A stretch of DNA of 64,000 nucleotides from Alphaproteobacteria bacterium (lineage in GTDB: Bacteria; Pseudomonadota; Alphaproteobacteria; Bin95): positions 160,001 to 224,000 of the forward strand of contig OZ224045.1 of NCBI GenBank assembly GCA_963665325.3. Direction: 5' to 3'. The translations under genes were made by a program, and so were the position numbers. Positions 1 through 8,927 of the stretch are shown here, in pieces (the stretch's first letter is position 1; each line of letters opens with the position of its first letter). The notes under the pieces are model-generated. The model had not been told where the DNA came from and did no database searches. It saw only the letters and a list, made by a program, of their open reading frames with translations.

Positions 1-1
1 T

Positions 2-1564
2 TGCGGCGATGTCGGCTTCGGCAAGACCGAGGTGGCGCTGCGGGCGGCCTTTGTGACGGCGATGAGCGGGTTCCAGGTCGCGGTCGTGGCGCCGACGACG
101 CTGCTGGTCCGCCAGCATTTCAAGACCTTCAGGGAACGCTTCCGGGGCCTGCCGGTGGAAATCGGCCAGCTTTCCCGCCTGGTTGCCGGCAAGGAGGCGC
201 GCGAGGTGAGGGAGCGTCTCGCCGACGGCAGGCTCGACATCGTGATCGGCACCCACGCGCTGCTGGCGAAATCGGTGCGCATGAAGCGGCTCGGCCTGCT
301 GGTCGTGGACGAGGAGCAGCATTTCGGCGTGGCACACAAGGAACGGCTGAAGCAGTACCGCAGCAATGTCCATGTGCTGACGCTGACGGCGACGCCGATC
401 CCGCGCACGCTCCAGCTTGCCTTGTCGGGCGTGCGTGAGATGAGCCTGATCGCCACCCCGCCGGTGGACCGGCTGGCGGTGCGCACTTTCGTCGGCCCTT
501 TCGACGCCCTGACGGTGCGGGAGGCGGTGCGCCGCGAGCTCCTGCGGGGCGGGCGCTGCTTCTATGTCTGCCCCAGGGTCCGCGATCTGCCGGAAGTGAC
601 CGAGCGATTGCGCGCCATGGCGCCCGACGCGCGCATCGGCGTCGCCCATGGCGGCATGGCGGCGGCAGAACTGGAGGAGGCGGTCGGCGCTTTCTACGAC
701 GGGCGAATCGATGTGCTGGTCTCGACGAATATCGTCGAATCCGGCCTCGACATTCCTGAGGCCAACACGCTGATCGTCCACCGGGCGGACATGTTCGGCC
801 TGGCGCAGCTCTACCAGTTGCGGGGCCGAATCGGCCGCGCCAAGCAGCGGGCCTATGCCTATCTGACGCTGCCGGAGCGCCGCAAGCTGACCAAGGCGGC
901 GGAGAAGCGCCTCGCGGTCATGCAGACGCTGGACACGCTCGGCGCCGGGTTCCAGCTCGCCAGCTACGACCTCGACATACGCGGCGCCGGCAACCTGCTG
1001 GGCGACGAGCAGTCGGGCCATATCCGCGAGGTCGGGATCGAGCTCTATCAGCACATGCTGGAAGAAGCTGTCGCCGCGGCGAGGTCCGGCGCGGACGAGG
1101 CGGAAGAGGACACGGCCTGGACACCGCAGATCGGCGTCGGCGCGCCGGTGCTGATCCCGGAGAGCTATGTTGCGGAGCTGAATGTCCGGCTGTCGCTTTA
1201 CCGGAGAATCGCAGCGCTGGAGGACCGGGAGCAGACGGACGCCTTCGCTGCCGAGTTGATCGACCGCTTCGGGCCGGTGCCGGACGAGCTGGAGAACCTG
1301 CTGCGGATCGTCGCGATCAAGCGGCTCTGCCGGGAGGCCGGCGTGGAGAAGATCGATGCCGGGCCGAAGGGCGCAGTGGTCTCCTTCCGGGGCGACTTCG
1401 CGAACCCGGCCGGGCTCATCGAGTTTATCGGCAAGCAGGCTGGCACCGTCAGGCTGAGGCCCGACCACAAGCTCGTCATCGGAAGAAGCTGGGAGAAGGA
1501 ACCTGCCCGGATCGCGGGCACGGAACGCCTGTTGCGCGACCTCGCCGTAATCGCGACCGCCTGA
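2..1564 (+). CDS. mfd: Transcription-repair coupling factor Mfd, C-terminal part (5' truncated by window)
   Basis: Frame from base 2 reads CGDVGFGKTEVALRAAF; DEEQHFG, LTLTATPIPRTL, LYQLRGRIGR, DLDIRGAGNLLG and TRCF C-terminal domain. Confidence 0.97.
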   Translation, partial: CGDVGFGKTEVALRAAFVTAMSGFQVAVVAPTTLLVRQHFKTFRERFRGLPVEIGQLSRLVAGKEAREVRERLADGRLDIVIGTHALLAKSVRMKRLGLLVVDEEQHFGVAHKERLKQYRSNVHVLTLTATPIPRTLQLALSGVREMSLIATPPVDRLAVRTFVGPFDALTVREAVRRELLRGGRCFYVCPRVRDLPEVTERLRAMAPDARIGVAHGGMAAAELEEAVGAFYDGRIDVLVSTNIVESGLDIPEANTLIVHRADMFGLAQLYQLRGRIGRAKQRAYAYLTLPERRKLTKAAEKRLAVMQTLDTLGAGFQLASYDLDIRGAGNLLGDEQSGHIREVGIELYQHMLEEAVAAARSGADEAEEDTAWTPQIGVGAPVLIPESYVAELNVRLSLYRRIAALEDREQTDAFAAELIDRFGPVPDELENLLRIVAIKRLCREAGVEKIDAGPKGAVVSFRGDFANPAGLIEFIGKQAGTVRLRPDHKLVIGRSWEKEPARIAGTERLLRDLAVIATA

Positions 1565-1568
1565 CAGC

Positions 1569-2201
1569 CTACTCGGCGGCGGCTTCGCCGTTCTGGACGA
1601 GGTCGAAGAGCGGTGCGAAATATTCCGGTTCCTGGGCCCCCGAGATCGCGTAGCGGCTGTCCACCACGAAGCAGGGCACGCCCTGGATGCCCATTGAGCG
1701 CGCACGCGAGTCTTCCTGCCGGACTTCCCGGCTGGCGGCGTCGGAAGCCAGGAAAGCCTCCGCCTCGCTGCGGTCCCAGCCGGCGCGCGTCGCGATATCC
1801 GCCAGCTGCCCCGTGTCGCCGATGTCCTCGCCATTCAGGAAGTAGGCGTCGAAGAGCGCATCGACCACCTCCGTCTGCCGCTCGCCGGACTCCCGGATCA
1901 GCCTGTGCGCGGCGAGCGTGCTCGGCGTGCGCTCGATGGCGTCGAAGCGGAAATCGATGCCTTCCGACCGGCCGGTCTCGCGGATGCGGTCATAGACCTG
2001 TCCACCGCCCTTCGCTCCGAACTTGAGCGCAAGATAGTCCTGCCGCGCCATGCCTTCCGCCGGCATGTCCGGGTTCAGCTGGAAGGCCCGCCAGCGGATC
2101 ACGGGGTCCAGTTCGGGCCGCGTGTCCAGCGCGCGGGCAAGACGCCGGCGCCCGATGAAACACCAAGGGCAGATGACGTCGGAGAAGATCTCGATCAGCA
2201 T
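1569..2201 (-). CDS. DsbA/FrnE-family oxidoreductase
   Basis: MLIEIFSDVICPWCFIG thioredoxin-like motif, GIQGVPCF, ISGAQ; start placed at ATG 2201. Confidence 0.92.
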   Translation of the reverse strand: MLIEIFSDVICPWCFIGRRRLARALDTRPELDPVIRWRAFQLNPDMPAEGMARQDYLALKFGAKGGGQVYDRIRETGRSEGIDFRFDAIERTPSTLAAHRLIRESGERQTEVVDALFDAYFLNGEDIGDTGQLADIATRAGWDRSEAEAFLASDAASREVRQEDSRARSMGIQGVPCFVVDSRYAISGAQEPEYFAPLFDLVQNGEAAAE

Positions 2202-2240
2202 GGAGCGGCAATATAGGTGCGGCCCCAGGGGGAGGGAAGC

Positions 2241-3002
2241 GTGTCGATTGACAGAATACTGCGGCTCGACGGCAGGACGGTGCTGGTCACGGGCGCGTCG
2301 CGGGGCCTCGGGCGGGGATTCGCCGAAGTCGCGGCGGCGGCGGGCGCGCGCGTAGCACTGGCGGCGCGGGACATGGAGGCGCTTGCCGAAGTGGCCGCAG
2401 GCATCGGTAACTCCGCGGTCGTGTCCATGGACGTGACCGACCGCGAGCAGGTCAGGGCCGGCTTCGAGGCTGCCGAGGAGGCGCTCGGGCCCGTCCACGC
2501 CGTCGTCAATAATTCCGGCGTCGCCGTGACCCGGCGCCTGCTGGAGACGGAAGAGGAAGACTGGCGCCGGGTCATCGACACCAACCTTACCGGCGCCTGG
2601 TTCGTGGCCCAGGAAGGGGCGAGGCGCATGGTCGCGCGCGGCGAAGGCGGCAGCATCGTCAATATCGGCTCGTTGCTGGGCCTGCGCACCGGGCGCGGCG
2701 CTATAGGCTATGCGGCCTCCAAGGCCGGATTGCACCATCTCACGCGGGTCATGGCTGCGGAGCTTGCCCGCGAGCGTGTACGGGTGAACACGCTCTCGCC
2801 CGGCTATGTGCTGACCGACCTCAATGAGGAATTCTTCGCCTCTCCGCCGGGGCAGGCGCTGATGCGCCGCGTGCCGATGGGCCGCCTCGGCAATCCGGAA
2901 GACCTCGCAGCCCCGCTGCTCTTTCTGCTTTCCGACGCCTCGGCCTACATCACCGGCCAACTGCTCGCGGTGGACGGCGGGCATTCCGTGTCGAATGCCT
3001 GA
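2241..3002 (+). CDS. Short-chain dehydrogenase/reductase
   Basis: TGASRGLG, NNSG, YAASK, VDGG motifs; GTG start after GGAGGG. Confidence 0.93.
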   Translation: MSIDRILRLDGRTVLVTGASRGLGRGFAEVAAAAGARVALAARDMEALAEVAAGIGNSAVVSMDVTDREQVRAGFEAAEEALGPVHAVVNNSGVAVTRRLLETEEEDWRRVIDTNLTGAWFVAQEGARRMVARGEGGSIVNIGSLLGLRTGRGAIGYAASKAGLHHLTRVMAAELARERVRVNTLSPGYVLTDLNEEFFASPPGQALMRRVPMGRLGNPEDLAAPLLFLLSDASAYITGQLLAVDGGHSVSNA

Positions 3003-3051
3003 AGGGCGTGAATCCGGTTGCGGAGGATCGATCGGGCAGAAGGAATCGCTC

Positions 3052-3909
3052 TCAACAACCCTCGGTCACGGGTGCGAAGAATGCCCTCAGATGATCGGTC
3101 ACTGCCTGAGGTCGTTCCTCGGCCAGCCAGTGCCAGTTCGTCGGAAAGTACGTGACCGCGAAGTCGTCGATCCAAGCCCGCGCAATATCGTTCACGACCG
3201 GATCCAGCGCAACATCCAGAACGCCCCACAACACGCTGACCGGGCAGGTGATTCGCCTGGGCGCGACGTGCCGGCGGCGCGGCATGTCGCGCACGAGTTC
3301 CCGATAGTAGTTGATCGCAGCCGTAGCGGAGCCCGGAATCTCGAAGGCGCGGCGGTAGGTCGCCACATCCTCGGGTGGCATCACCCTGGCAAGGCGAATG
3401 GTCCCTGCGCGAAACTGCTCCAGATACAGTTCCTCCGGAAAATCCGGAAGCAGATCGAGGAAGACGTACCAGCTCTTGCGCTGCTGCTCGGGGTGGTTGA
3501 GCCACCCTGCGATCCAGGCATCGGGGTGCGGCGCATTCAGGATCGCGAGCCGCTCGACTGCGCCGGGATGGTCCATGGCGGTCTGGTAGGCAACGACGCC
3601 GCCCCAATCGTGCGCCGCGATCATGGCCGGAGTCCCGAGGTGTTGGACGAGAGCTGCCACATCGCCCGCGAGCGTGGCCAGATCGTATCCCGAGGCGGGC
3701 TTGGCGGAGAGGTGATAGCCCCGCATATCGGGGGCAACCACCCGGAACGACGGGGCGAGAGAGGGGATGACATGGCGCCAGGACCACCAGAACTCGGGAA
3801 AACCGTGCAGGAGCAGAACGAGGGGGCCGGTGCCCATCTCGACGTAATGAAGCTCGGTGCCGTTAACGTGGGCCCGATGGTGCGACAGGCCGGGCAGGGT
3901 GGGCGTCAT
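3052..3909 (-). CDS. Alpha/beta hydrolase, epoxide hydrolase-like
   Basis: LLLHGFPEFWWSWR, APDMRGY, AHDWGG nucleophile elbow; ATG 3909 preceded by AGGAG. Confidence 0.9.
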   Translation of the reverse strand: MTPTLPGLSHHRAHVNGTELHYVEMGTGPLVLLLHGFPEFWWSWRHVIPSLAPSFRVVAPDMRGYHLSAKPASGYDLATLAGDVAALVQHLGTPAMIAAHDWGGVVAYQTAMDHPGAVERLAILNAPHPDAWIAGWLNHPEQQRKSWYVFLDLLPDFPEELYLEQFRAGTIRLARVMPPEDVATYRRAFEIPGSATAAINYYRELVRDMPRRRHVAPRRITCPVSVLWGVLDVALDPVVNDIARAWIDDFAVTYFPTNWHWLAEERPQAVTDHLRAFFAPVTEGC

Positions 3910-4251
3910 GTCGACACTCCTGTTCATTTGCGAGATTCGAGTCTGGCGTATTGACATGACATCCTGAACGCGGCGCCGCATCAAGGTGGCGTCTGCGGCG
4001 ATCCCTATTCCATGCGCGGTCAGGACCGTTTCGGTTGCTCCAACCACATCATGAACGGCAGCTGCTCCAACGGGAGGGTTGTTGTCATTCGACAAGATGC
4101 GATCTGAGGCATACGACCCGTCGCTCGCATGCTACGGAATCCAGCATGCAATCTCGCCGATGGCGTTCTGCAGAGCCGTCAGGCATTCGCCCCGTTGCGC
4201 CCCAGCATTGCTACCATCCTGACTTGACCTCCGTGATCGGAGCCGTCGCAC

Positions 4252-4521
4252 CTAGGCATCTAGGCCCTGTGGACGGATACGGAAATGGCAATAGGTATCC
4301 GCGCCGGCGCGGGGGTGAATCGGAGTGAGGAGTTCAACGCCTGCTTCATCCTGAAAGAGTTTCGTGCCGAGCGCACTGCGCACCGATTGCAGCGGATTCG
4401 AAAGCCTCATCTTCTGTCGGATATCCCCCAATCGAACGCGAACCTCTTGGCATCCGGCAGCGCGAGACGGCGCTATGTAGTGCTCGATGACGTAGCTACG
4501 AATGAGATCGGCAGTGGTCAT
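4252..4521 (-). CDS. Small hypothetical protein (89 aa)
   Basis: MTTADLIRSYVIEHYIAP... with GAGGAG RBS; family not recognised. Confidence 0.6.
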   Translation of the reverse strand: MTTADLIRSYVIEHYIAPSRAAGCQEVRVRLGDIRQKMRLSNPLQSVRSALGTKLFQDEAGVELLTPIHPRAGADTYCHFRIRPQGLDA

Positions 4522-4629
4522 AGTGAGTTTCTCCTCAGGGTCCTTGCGGGCCATTGGGTGGTCGTTGGCGTACCCTCCCGTCTCCCGCATTTTCTACCGC
4601 AGCTTGCGCAGTTCAAGCTACGCTGCCCT

Positions 4630-4697
4630 CGTCCCGGCACGACGAAGCCAAAGCCCCTCGCCGGGTCGAAGAACTTGACGGCGCCGGACAGTTCCAT
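4630..4697 (-). pseudogene. Cold-shock-domain protein N-terminal fragment
   Basis: GGAGAC-ATG then MELSGAVKFFDPARGFGFVVP (RNP-1-like), after which similarity stops; right boundary of homology approximate. Confidence 0.7.
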
Positions 4698-4751
4698 GTC
4701 TCCCGACCGGGAGCCGACCTTCTGCGGGCCCGGATACCGGGGGTCGAGGGC

Positions 4752-5801
4752 TAGAGCGTGATGATTTCATACGGAAGCATATCCAGCGTTTTGTAGGTAG
4801 TTGGCGCATTCACGGGGTGAGAAGCGTTCGAGGAGGGTGCCGATACGCTGCCATGTGGTTTCGGTGGTTCGTTCGGCGGCGTCTCGCAACAGATGTTTGA
4901 GTTTGGCGAAGACCTGCTCGATCGGGTTCAGGTCGGGACTGTATGGCGGCAGGAACAGCAAGTGGGCGCCGGCATTTCGGATGGCCTTTCTGACGGTTGC
5001 GTTTTTGTGGCTGGCAAGATTGTCCATAACGACCACATCGCTTGGGGCCAGCGTGGGGACGAGGAAGTGTTCGACATAGGTTTGGAAGGCCTTGGCGTTG
5101 ACCGGTCCGTCGAGGACGCAAGGCGCGTCGATCCGGTCGACGCGCAGTGCGGCGATGAAGGTCATGGTACGCCAGTGGCCGTGCGGCGCGCGCCCGATCA
5201 GGCGTTTGCCCTTCGGCGCCCAGCCGCGCAGCGGAGCCATGTTGGTTTTGGCCCAGGTCTCGTCGATGAAGACCAGCCGGCGCGGATCAACCCGTTTCTG
5301 GTGGCGTTTCCAGCGCGTCCGTCGGCGCGCGACGTCCGGGCGGCATTGCTCGCTGGCCAGCGCGGTTTTTTTTGAACGAGTAGCCCGCCCGATGCACCGC
5401 CGACCAGACCGTGCGGTAATCCACCCGGAGGCCGCGCGCGGCCAACTCGCTCACCAGACCACGCAGGGTGAACGGGGTTTCGATCCGCTCCAGAAGCCAG
5501 TCCTCATACGCCCCGACGATCTTGCGCGGACGCCGCCCGCCGATCTTCGCCGGCGCGCAACTGCCGGTCGCCCGCAGACGCTGCGACCACTTCACGATAC
5601 TCGACGGCGCCACAGAGAGCGCCGACGCCACCTGACGGACGCTCTGTCCCTCGGCCAACCGGACCATCGCGCGTTCGCGCAAGTCCATCGAAATTGCACG
5701 GCTCATCGCCCAAGCCTCCACTGTCGGAAAAACAACAGTGAATCAGCTCAAGCCTGAAACCGGAATCCCCTTGCGATTCTCAATTAAATCATCCCGCTCT
5801 A
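4752..5801 (-). mobile_element. IS630-family insertion sequence
   Basis: Ends CTAGAGCGTGATGATTT (4751-4767) and AAATCATCCCGCTCTAG (5786-5802) are inverted with 1 mismatch; TA at both ends; two-ORF transposase inside. Confidence 0.95.
4767..5706 (-). CDS. IS630 transposase split in two ORFs joined at an A8 run
   Basis: ORF A (MSRAISMDLRER, HTH) and ORF B (LVFIDET, VVMDNLASHK, LPPYSPDLNPIE) overlap at TTC-A8-CCGCG (T8 at 5366-5373 on plus). Confidence 0.92.
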
Positions 5802-6185
5802 GACCGAGAGAATCCGCGACACCCGGGGCTCGACGACAGGCCATCCTGGATTTGACGGGGGGAGGGGTCGCACCCGGCGCTTGTGTTTGCCGAGGTGCTG
5901 GCTTGCCGTGGAGGGGCAGGGAACCGAACTCCAGTATCGGGGCTTCCCACGCACTCGGACTTGCGACGCGCGGTGTGAAATCGGCCGGGAGCAGGCGGGC
6001 GGTTTGTCCGGACGCAACAGGCTGGGGGCGAATGGGGGCTGAACCGCCGGGAGCCCCGGCAAGGCAGCTCCTTTGGCGATTATGTCCCGCATGCAGGACT
6101 GAAAGACTGTCCGTAATTGCCCGGTCATCCAATCCGGAATCGTAGCAACTCGCCGCATTATCGTAAGTCCAGGATCAAAGAAACG

Positions 6186-6209
6186 CGCCACAAAAAGCGA
6201 ATCGGCCCT
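6186..6209. repeat. Orphan right terminal repeat of a third, degenerate element
   Basis: Reverse complement AGGGCCGATTCGCTTTTTGTGGCG matches 19/24 to the left TIR of element 2 and directly precedes the GGCGGATGG repeat. Confidence 0.75.
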
Positions 6210-6218
6210 GGCGGATGG
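6210..6218 (+). repeat. 9-bp target-site duplication copy 1 (GGCGGATGG)
   Basis: Identical to 25095-25103 and to the tRNA-Ser 3' end at 29738-29746. Confidence 0.9.
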
Positions 6219-6380
6219 ATAGCCGATGAAAAAATTGTGTCATTCTTTACCTTATCACCTTGATATTACTTCATATTTCCACCGTCCTAATTTGACACAG
6301 AAATTCCTTCGCATTCATTGGATGTCGATAAGAAATCTTTGTAACACATTGAATCTATGTAATAATATGCGGAATATGGC

Positions 6381-6409
6381 TTGACAGGAAGCGCCTCCGG
6401 CTGTAGTAT
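6381..6409 (+). promoter_or_regulatory. Sigma70-type promoter of left transposase gene
   Basis: TTGACA-17 nt-TAGTAT followed by GGAGGAGG RBS and ATG 6437. Confidence 0.75.
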
Positions 6410-6436
6410 GGGATACGCTTGGAGGAGGCAGAGCCC

Positions 6437-8317
6437 ATGGCTTCGACGCCCCGCAAACTCCGGGTCCCCGACACTGCCAGCGCCAGAATCGTCGGAGAGC
6501 CCTTCCCGATTCAGATCAATCACTGCCGCACGCCCGGCTGCGCTAATTTCGGCGTGCCGGCGCGGACGAAGCGCGGCAAGACCGGACCGAGCAGGGACCG
6601 CGATCTCCGCTACAAGCTGAACTCGACGGCCAAGGGCCAGGAGCCCGCCATCGAGTGCAAGGCCTGCAAGGGCAAGGGCGCCATCCGATCGAACACGGCC
6701 ATCGCCGAGGAGGTCGAGCGCATCGCCGACTATGCCCGGCCGCTGGAGCACCGCTTCGCCTGCAAGACCGGGGGCTGCGCCAATTTCGGTCTCTCCATCG
6801 ACGAACACCGGGATCGCTATTGGAGGCGCGGCTACTACAAGACGCCGGAGAACCGTTACTACCAGTGCAAGGGCTGCCTGCGCCGCGTGCTCGTCTCCCG
6901 CAAGGCTCCCAGGATCCACGCGAAGAACCAGGCGCTCGCCGCCGATGTGTTCTCTCGCATCGCCAACAAGTCCCCCATGCGCCGCACCGTGGAGGGGGCC
7001 GGGCTCAATAGCTGCAAGGACTATTACACGACGTTCGACTTCATCCACCGCCGCTGCCGGGAGATGAACGGCGCCGTCACGCGGGCCTTCCTGACCGGCG
7101 CGCGCTGCCTGCCGGCGGAGATGGACATCGCCATCGACTCCCAGTCGCTCATGGTCAACTGGCCGCGCAAGGTGCAGCGGCGCACCGTCGAGATGACTTC
7201 CTGCTGCAGCGTCGATACAGGCTCGCGTTTCATCCTCGAACTCGACGTCAATCACGACCCGTGCTTCGACCCGTTCGACGTCAACCACGAGTCCGCCGAG
7301 CGGGGCGACATGACCCGCAAGGAGGCGTTCCGCAAATATGCCCGCTTCTGGCTCGCCGGCGACGAGATGCGCAGCGGGCGCACCGGACAGCGCCGCATGG
7401 GCCGCGAGGCCGCCGAGCAGGCCGTGGGAAACATCCAGGACGCCTTCCGGGCCGCCAACGCCTATGAGGACGTAGCCGAGATGGAGATCGTGCCGGGACA
7501 GGGGCCGCTGCGAGACCACATGCTTCGCTCCGGCATGCTGGTGAAGACGGGCTACCGGACACTCGGGCACATGTTCGTGCTGCGCGAGATCCTCAAGGGA
7601 GCCGGCGTTGAGCGGCTTCAACTCTGCATGGACCAGCATCTCTCGACCATCTCGTCCTTCATGTGCGCCTTCCGGGAGCAGGTCGCAGACGGCAGCGCGC
7701 AGGGGTTCCTGGTGCGCTACGCCAAGGACTGCCCGATCGACGAGCGCAACCGCATCTACCAAGAGACCGAGAAGCGGATGCGACGCTTCGCCCGGGCGCG
7801 CGGCCTCGAGGGCATGACGGACGAGGAACTCGGCTTCGAGATGATCCTTGCCAGCCTGCGAGCCGAGGGCCTGCCGGAAAGCGGCTGGCTGCCGCACCCG
7901 GTGCCGACTGCACAGGAGCCTGGCAAGCAAGTCCGCTGGATCACCGAAAATGCAGAAATGGAACTGGACGACAGGGCCCGGCTCTATCTCACCGCCTCGG
8001 TCGCCCAGGTGGATAATGTCTTCCAGCTGACCCGGCGGTTCCTCTCGGCCCTGGAGCGCCCGATCGACACGGCGAGCGGGCGCTGGCAGCAGGTCTGGTA
8101 CGGCTATGCGCCCTACAATCCGGACATGGTGCGGAAATATCTCGACGTCTTCCGGGCGGTGAACAACTTCGTCCACACCGGCGTCGACGGCGCGACACCG
8201 GCCATGCGCCTGGGCTTCACCGACCGCCCGCTCGCCTATGCCGACCTGCTCTGGCCAGGCGAGAAGATCCCGACTCCGAAAAAGGTCCGCCGCAAGGGAC
8301 GCGCGCTCAAGCTCTGA
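6437..8317 (+). CDS. Large putative DD(E/D) transposase with two N-terminal zinc-finger repeats (distantly IS1/IS1595/IS6-like)
   Basis: CRTPGCANFG..CKAC and CKTGGCANFG..CKGC; IAIDSQ, LCMDQ, VDNVFQLTRR acidic motifs; C-terminal NNF..TPAMRLGF; next to TIR. Confidence 0.8.
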   Translation: MASTPRKLRVPDTASARIVGEPFPIQINHCRTPGCANFGVPARTKRGKTGPSRDRDLRYKLNSTAKGQEPAIECKACKGKGAIRSNTAIAEEVERIADYARPLEHRFACKTGGCANFGLSIDEHRDRYWRRGYYKTPENRYYQCKGCLRRVLVSRKAPRIHAKNQALAADVFSRIANKSPMRRTVEGAGLNSCKDYYTTFDFIHRRCREMNGAVTRAFLTGARCLPAEMDIAIDSQSLMVNWPRKVQRRTVEMTSCCSVDTGSRFILELDVNHDPCFDPFDVNHESAERGDMTRKEAFRKYARFWLAGDEMRSGRTGQRRMGREAAEQAVGNIQDAFRAANAYEDVAEMEIVPGQGPLRDHMLRSGMLVKTGYRTLGHMFVLREILKGAGVERLQLCMDQHLSTISSFMCAFREQVADGSAQGFLVRYAKDCPIDERNRIYQETEKRMRRFARARGLEGMTDEELGFEMILASLRAEGLPESGWLPHPVPTAQEPGKQVRWITENAEMELDDRARLYLTASVAQVDNVFQLTRRFLSALERPIDTASGRWQQVWYGYAPYNPDMVRKYLDVFRAVNNFVHTGVDGATPAMRLGFTDRPLAYADLLWPGEKIPTPKKVRRKGRALKL

Positions 8318-8323
8318 CCCGGC

Positions 8324-8809
8324 TCAGGCGCGCCGCCCCGAGGCCAGCATGAGGCGCTTGTAGGCGCCGGTCTTACCGAAATCGGGGCAAGAGGAGCGGG
8401 CCCTGTTCTGCGCCATTTCGCAAGCATCGCCGCTGCCGGCCGGATCGGCCCCGGCATCGAGCGCCGCATCGATGAAGGCGGCGTTGACAGAGTTGATGGC
8501 GTAGTCGAGCGGCTTCTGGCCATAGCCCTCGCAGGCTTCCGGATCGGCCCCGGCCTCGAAAAGCGCCTGGGCCACTTCGCCGACGGGATTGTTCCAGGCG
8601 GCGTAGTGGAGCGGGGTGCAGCCGCCAGCGTCGCAGGCATTGGGGTCCGCGCCTCCGGCGACCAGACACTCAATTTCAGCCCTGTCCTCGGCCATGGCGG
8701 CAGCGACATGGATGAACTGCGCGCCGTAGCCCAGCGGGAACCGCCCGTGCATGCCGTCAGCGTAGATCATCGCTGCACTTTCGTTCCCGACAGGGCCGCG
8801 GCTAGACAC
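8324..8809 (-). CDS. Ankyrin-repeat protein
   Basis: GADPNACDAGGCTPLHYAA, GADPEACEGYGQKPLDYA repeats; start uncertain. Confidence 0.8.
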   Translation of the reverse strand: MSSRGPVGNESAAMIYADGMHGRFPLGYGAQFIHVAAAMAEDRAEIECLVAGGADPNACDAGGCTPLHYAAWNNPVGEVAQALFEAGADPEACEGYGQKPLDYAINSVNAAFIDAALDAGADPAGSGDACEMAQNRARSSCPDFGKTGAYKRLMLASGRRA

Positions 8810-8927
8810 GCCATTAGTCCCTCGTCTGAGCCGAACCCCGAAACGCCACCTTGTTCTCCCAAGCCATAGACGATACGAGCCTCACGGCAAACTGAAGAAC
8901 CCTGACATCAAACAGCGCAGGCATCGG

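Noticed and set aside
1569-2984. 471-aa ORF as a DsbA fusion
   Set aside because: Its N-terminal part is the antisense shadow of the SDR gene; the real start is 2201.
3019-3040. TGCGGAGGA just after the SDR gene as the original target remnant
   Set aside because: Only 6/9 match and no recognisable TIR follows; likely chance in GC-rich DNA.
6027-6050. GGCGAATGG (8/9 match to the duplication) as left junction of the third element
   Set aside because: The following sequence lacks the conserved GCCGAT and TTGTG boxes at the right spacing.
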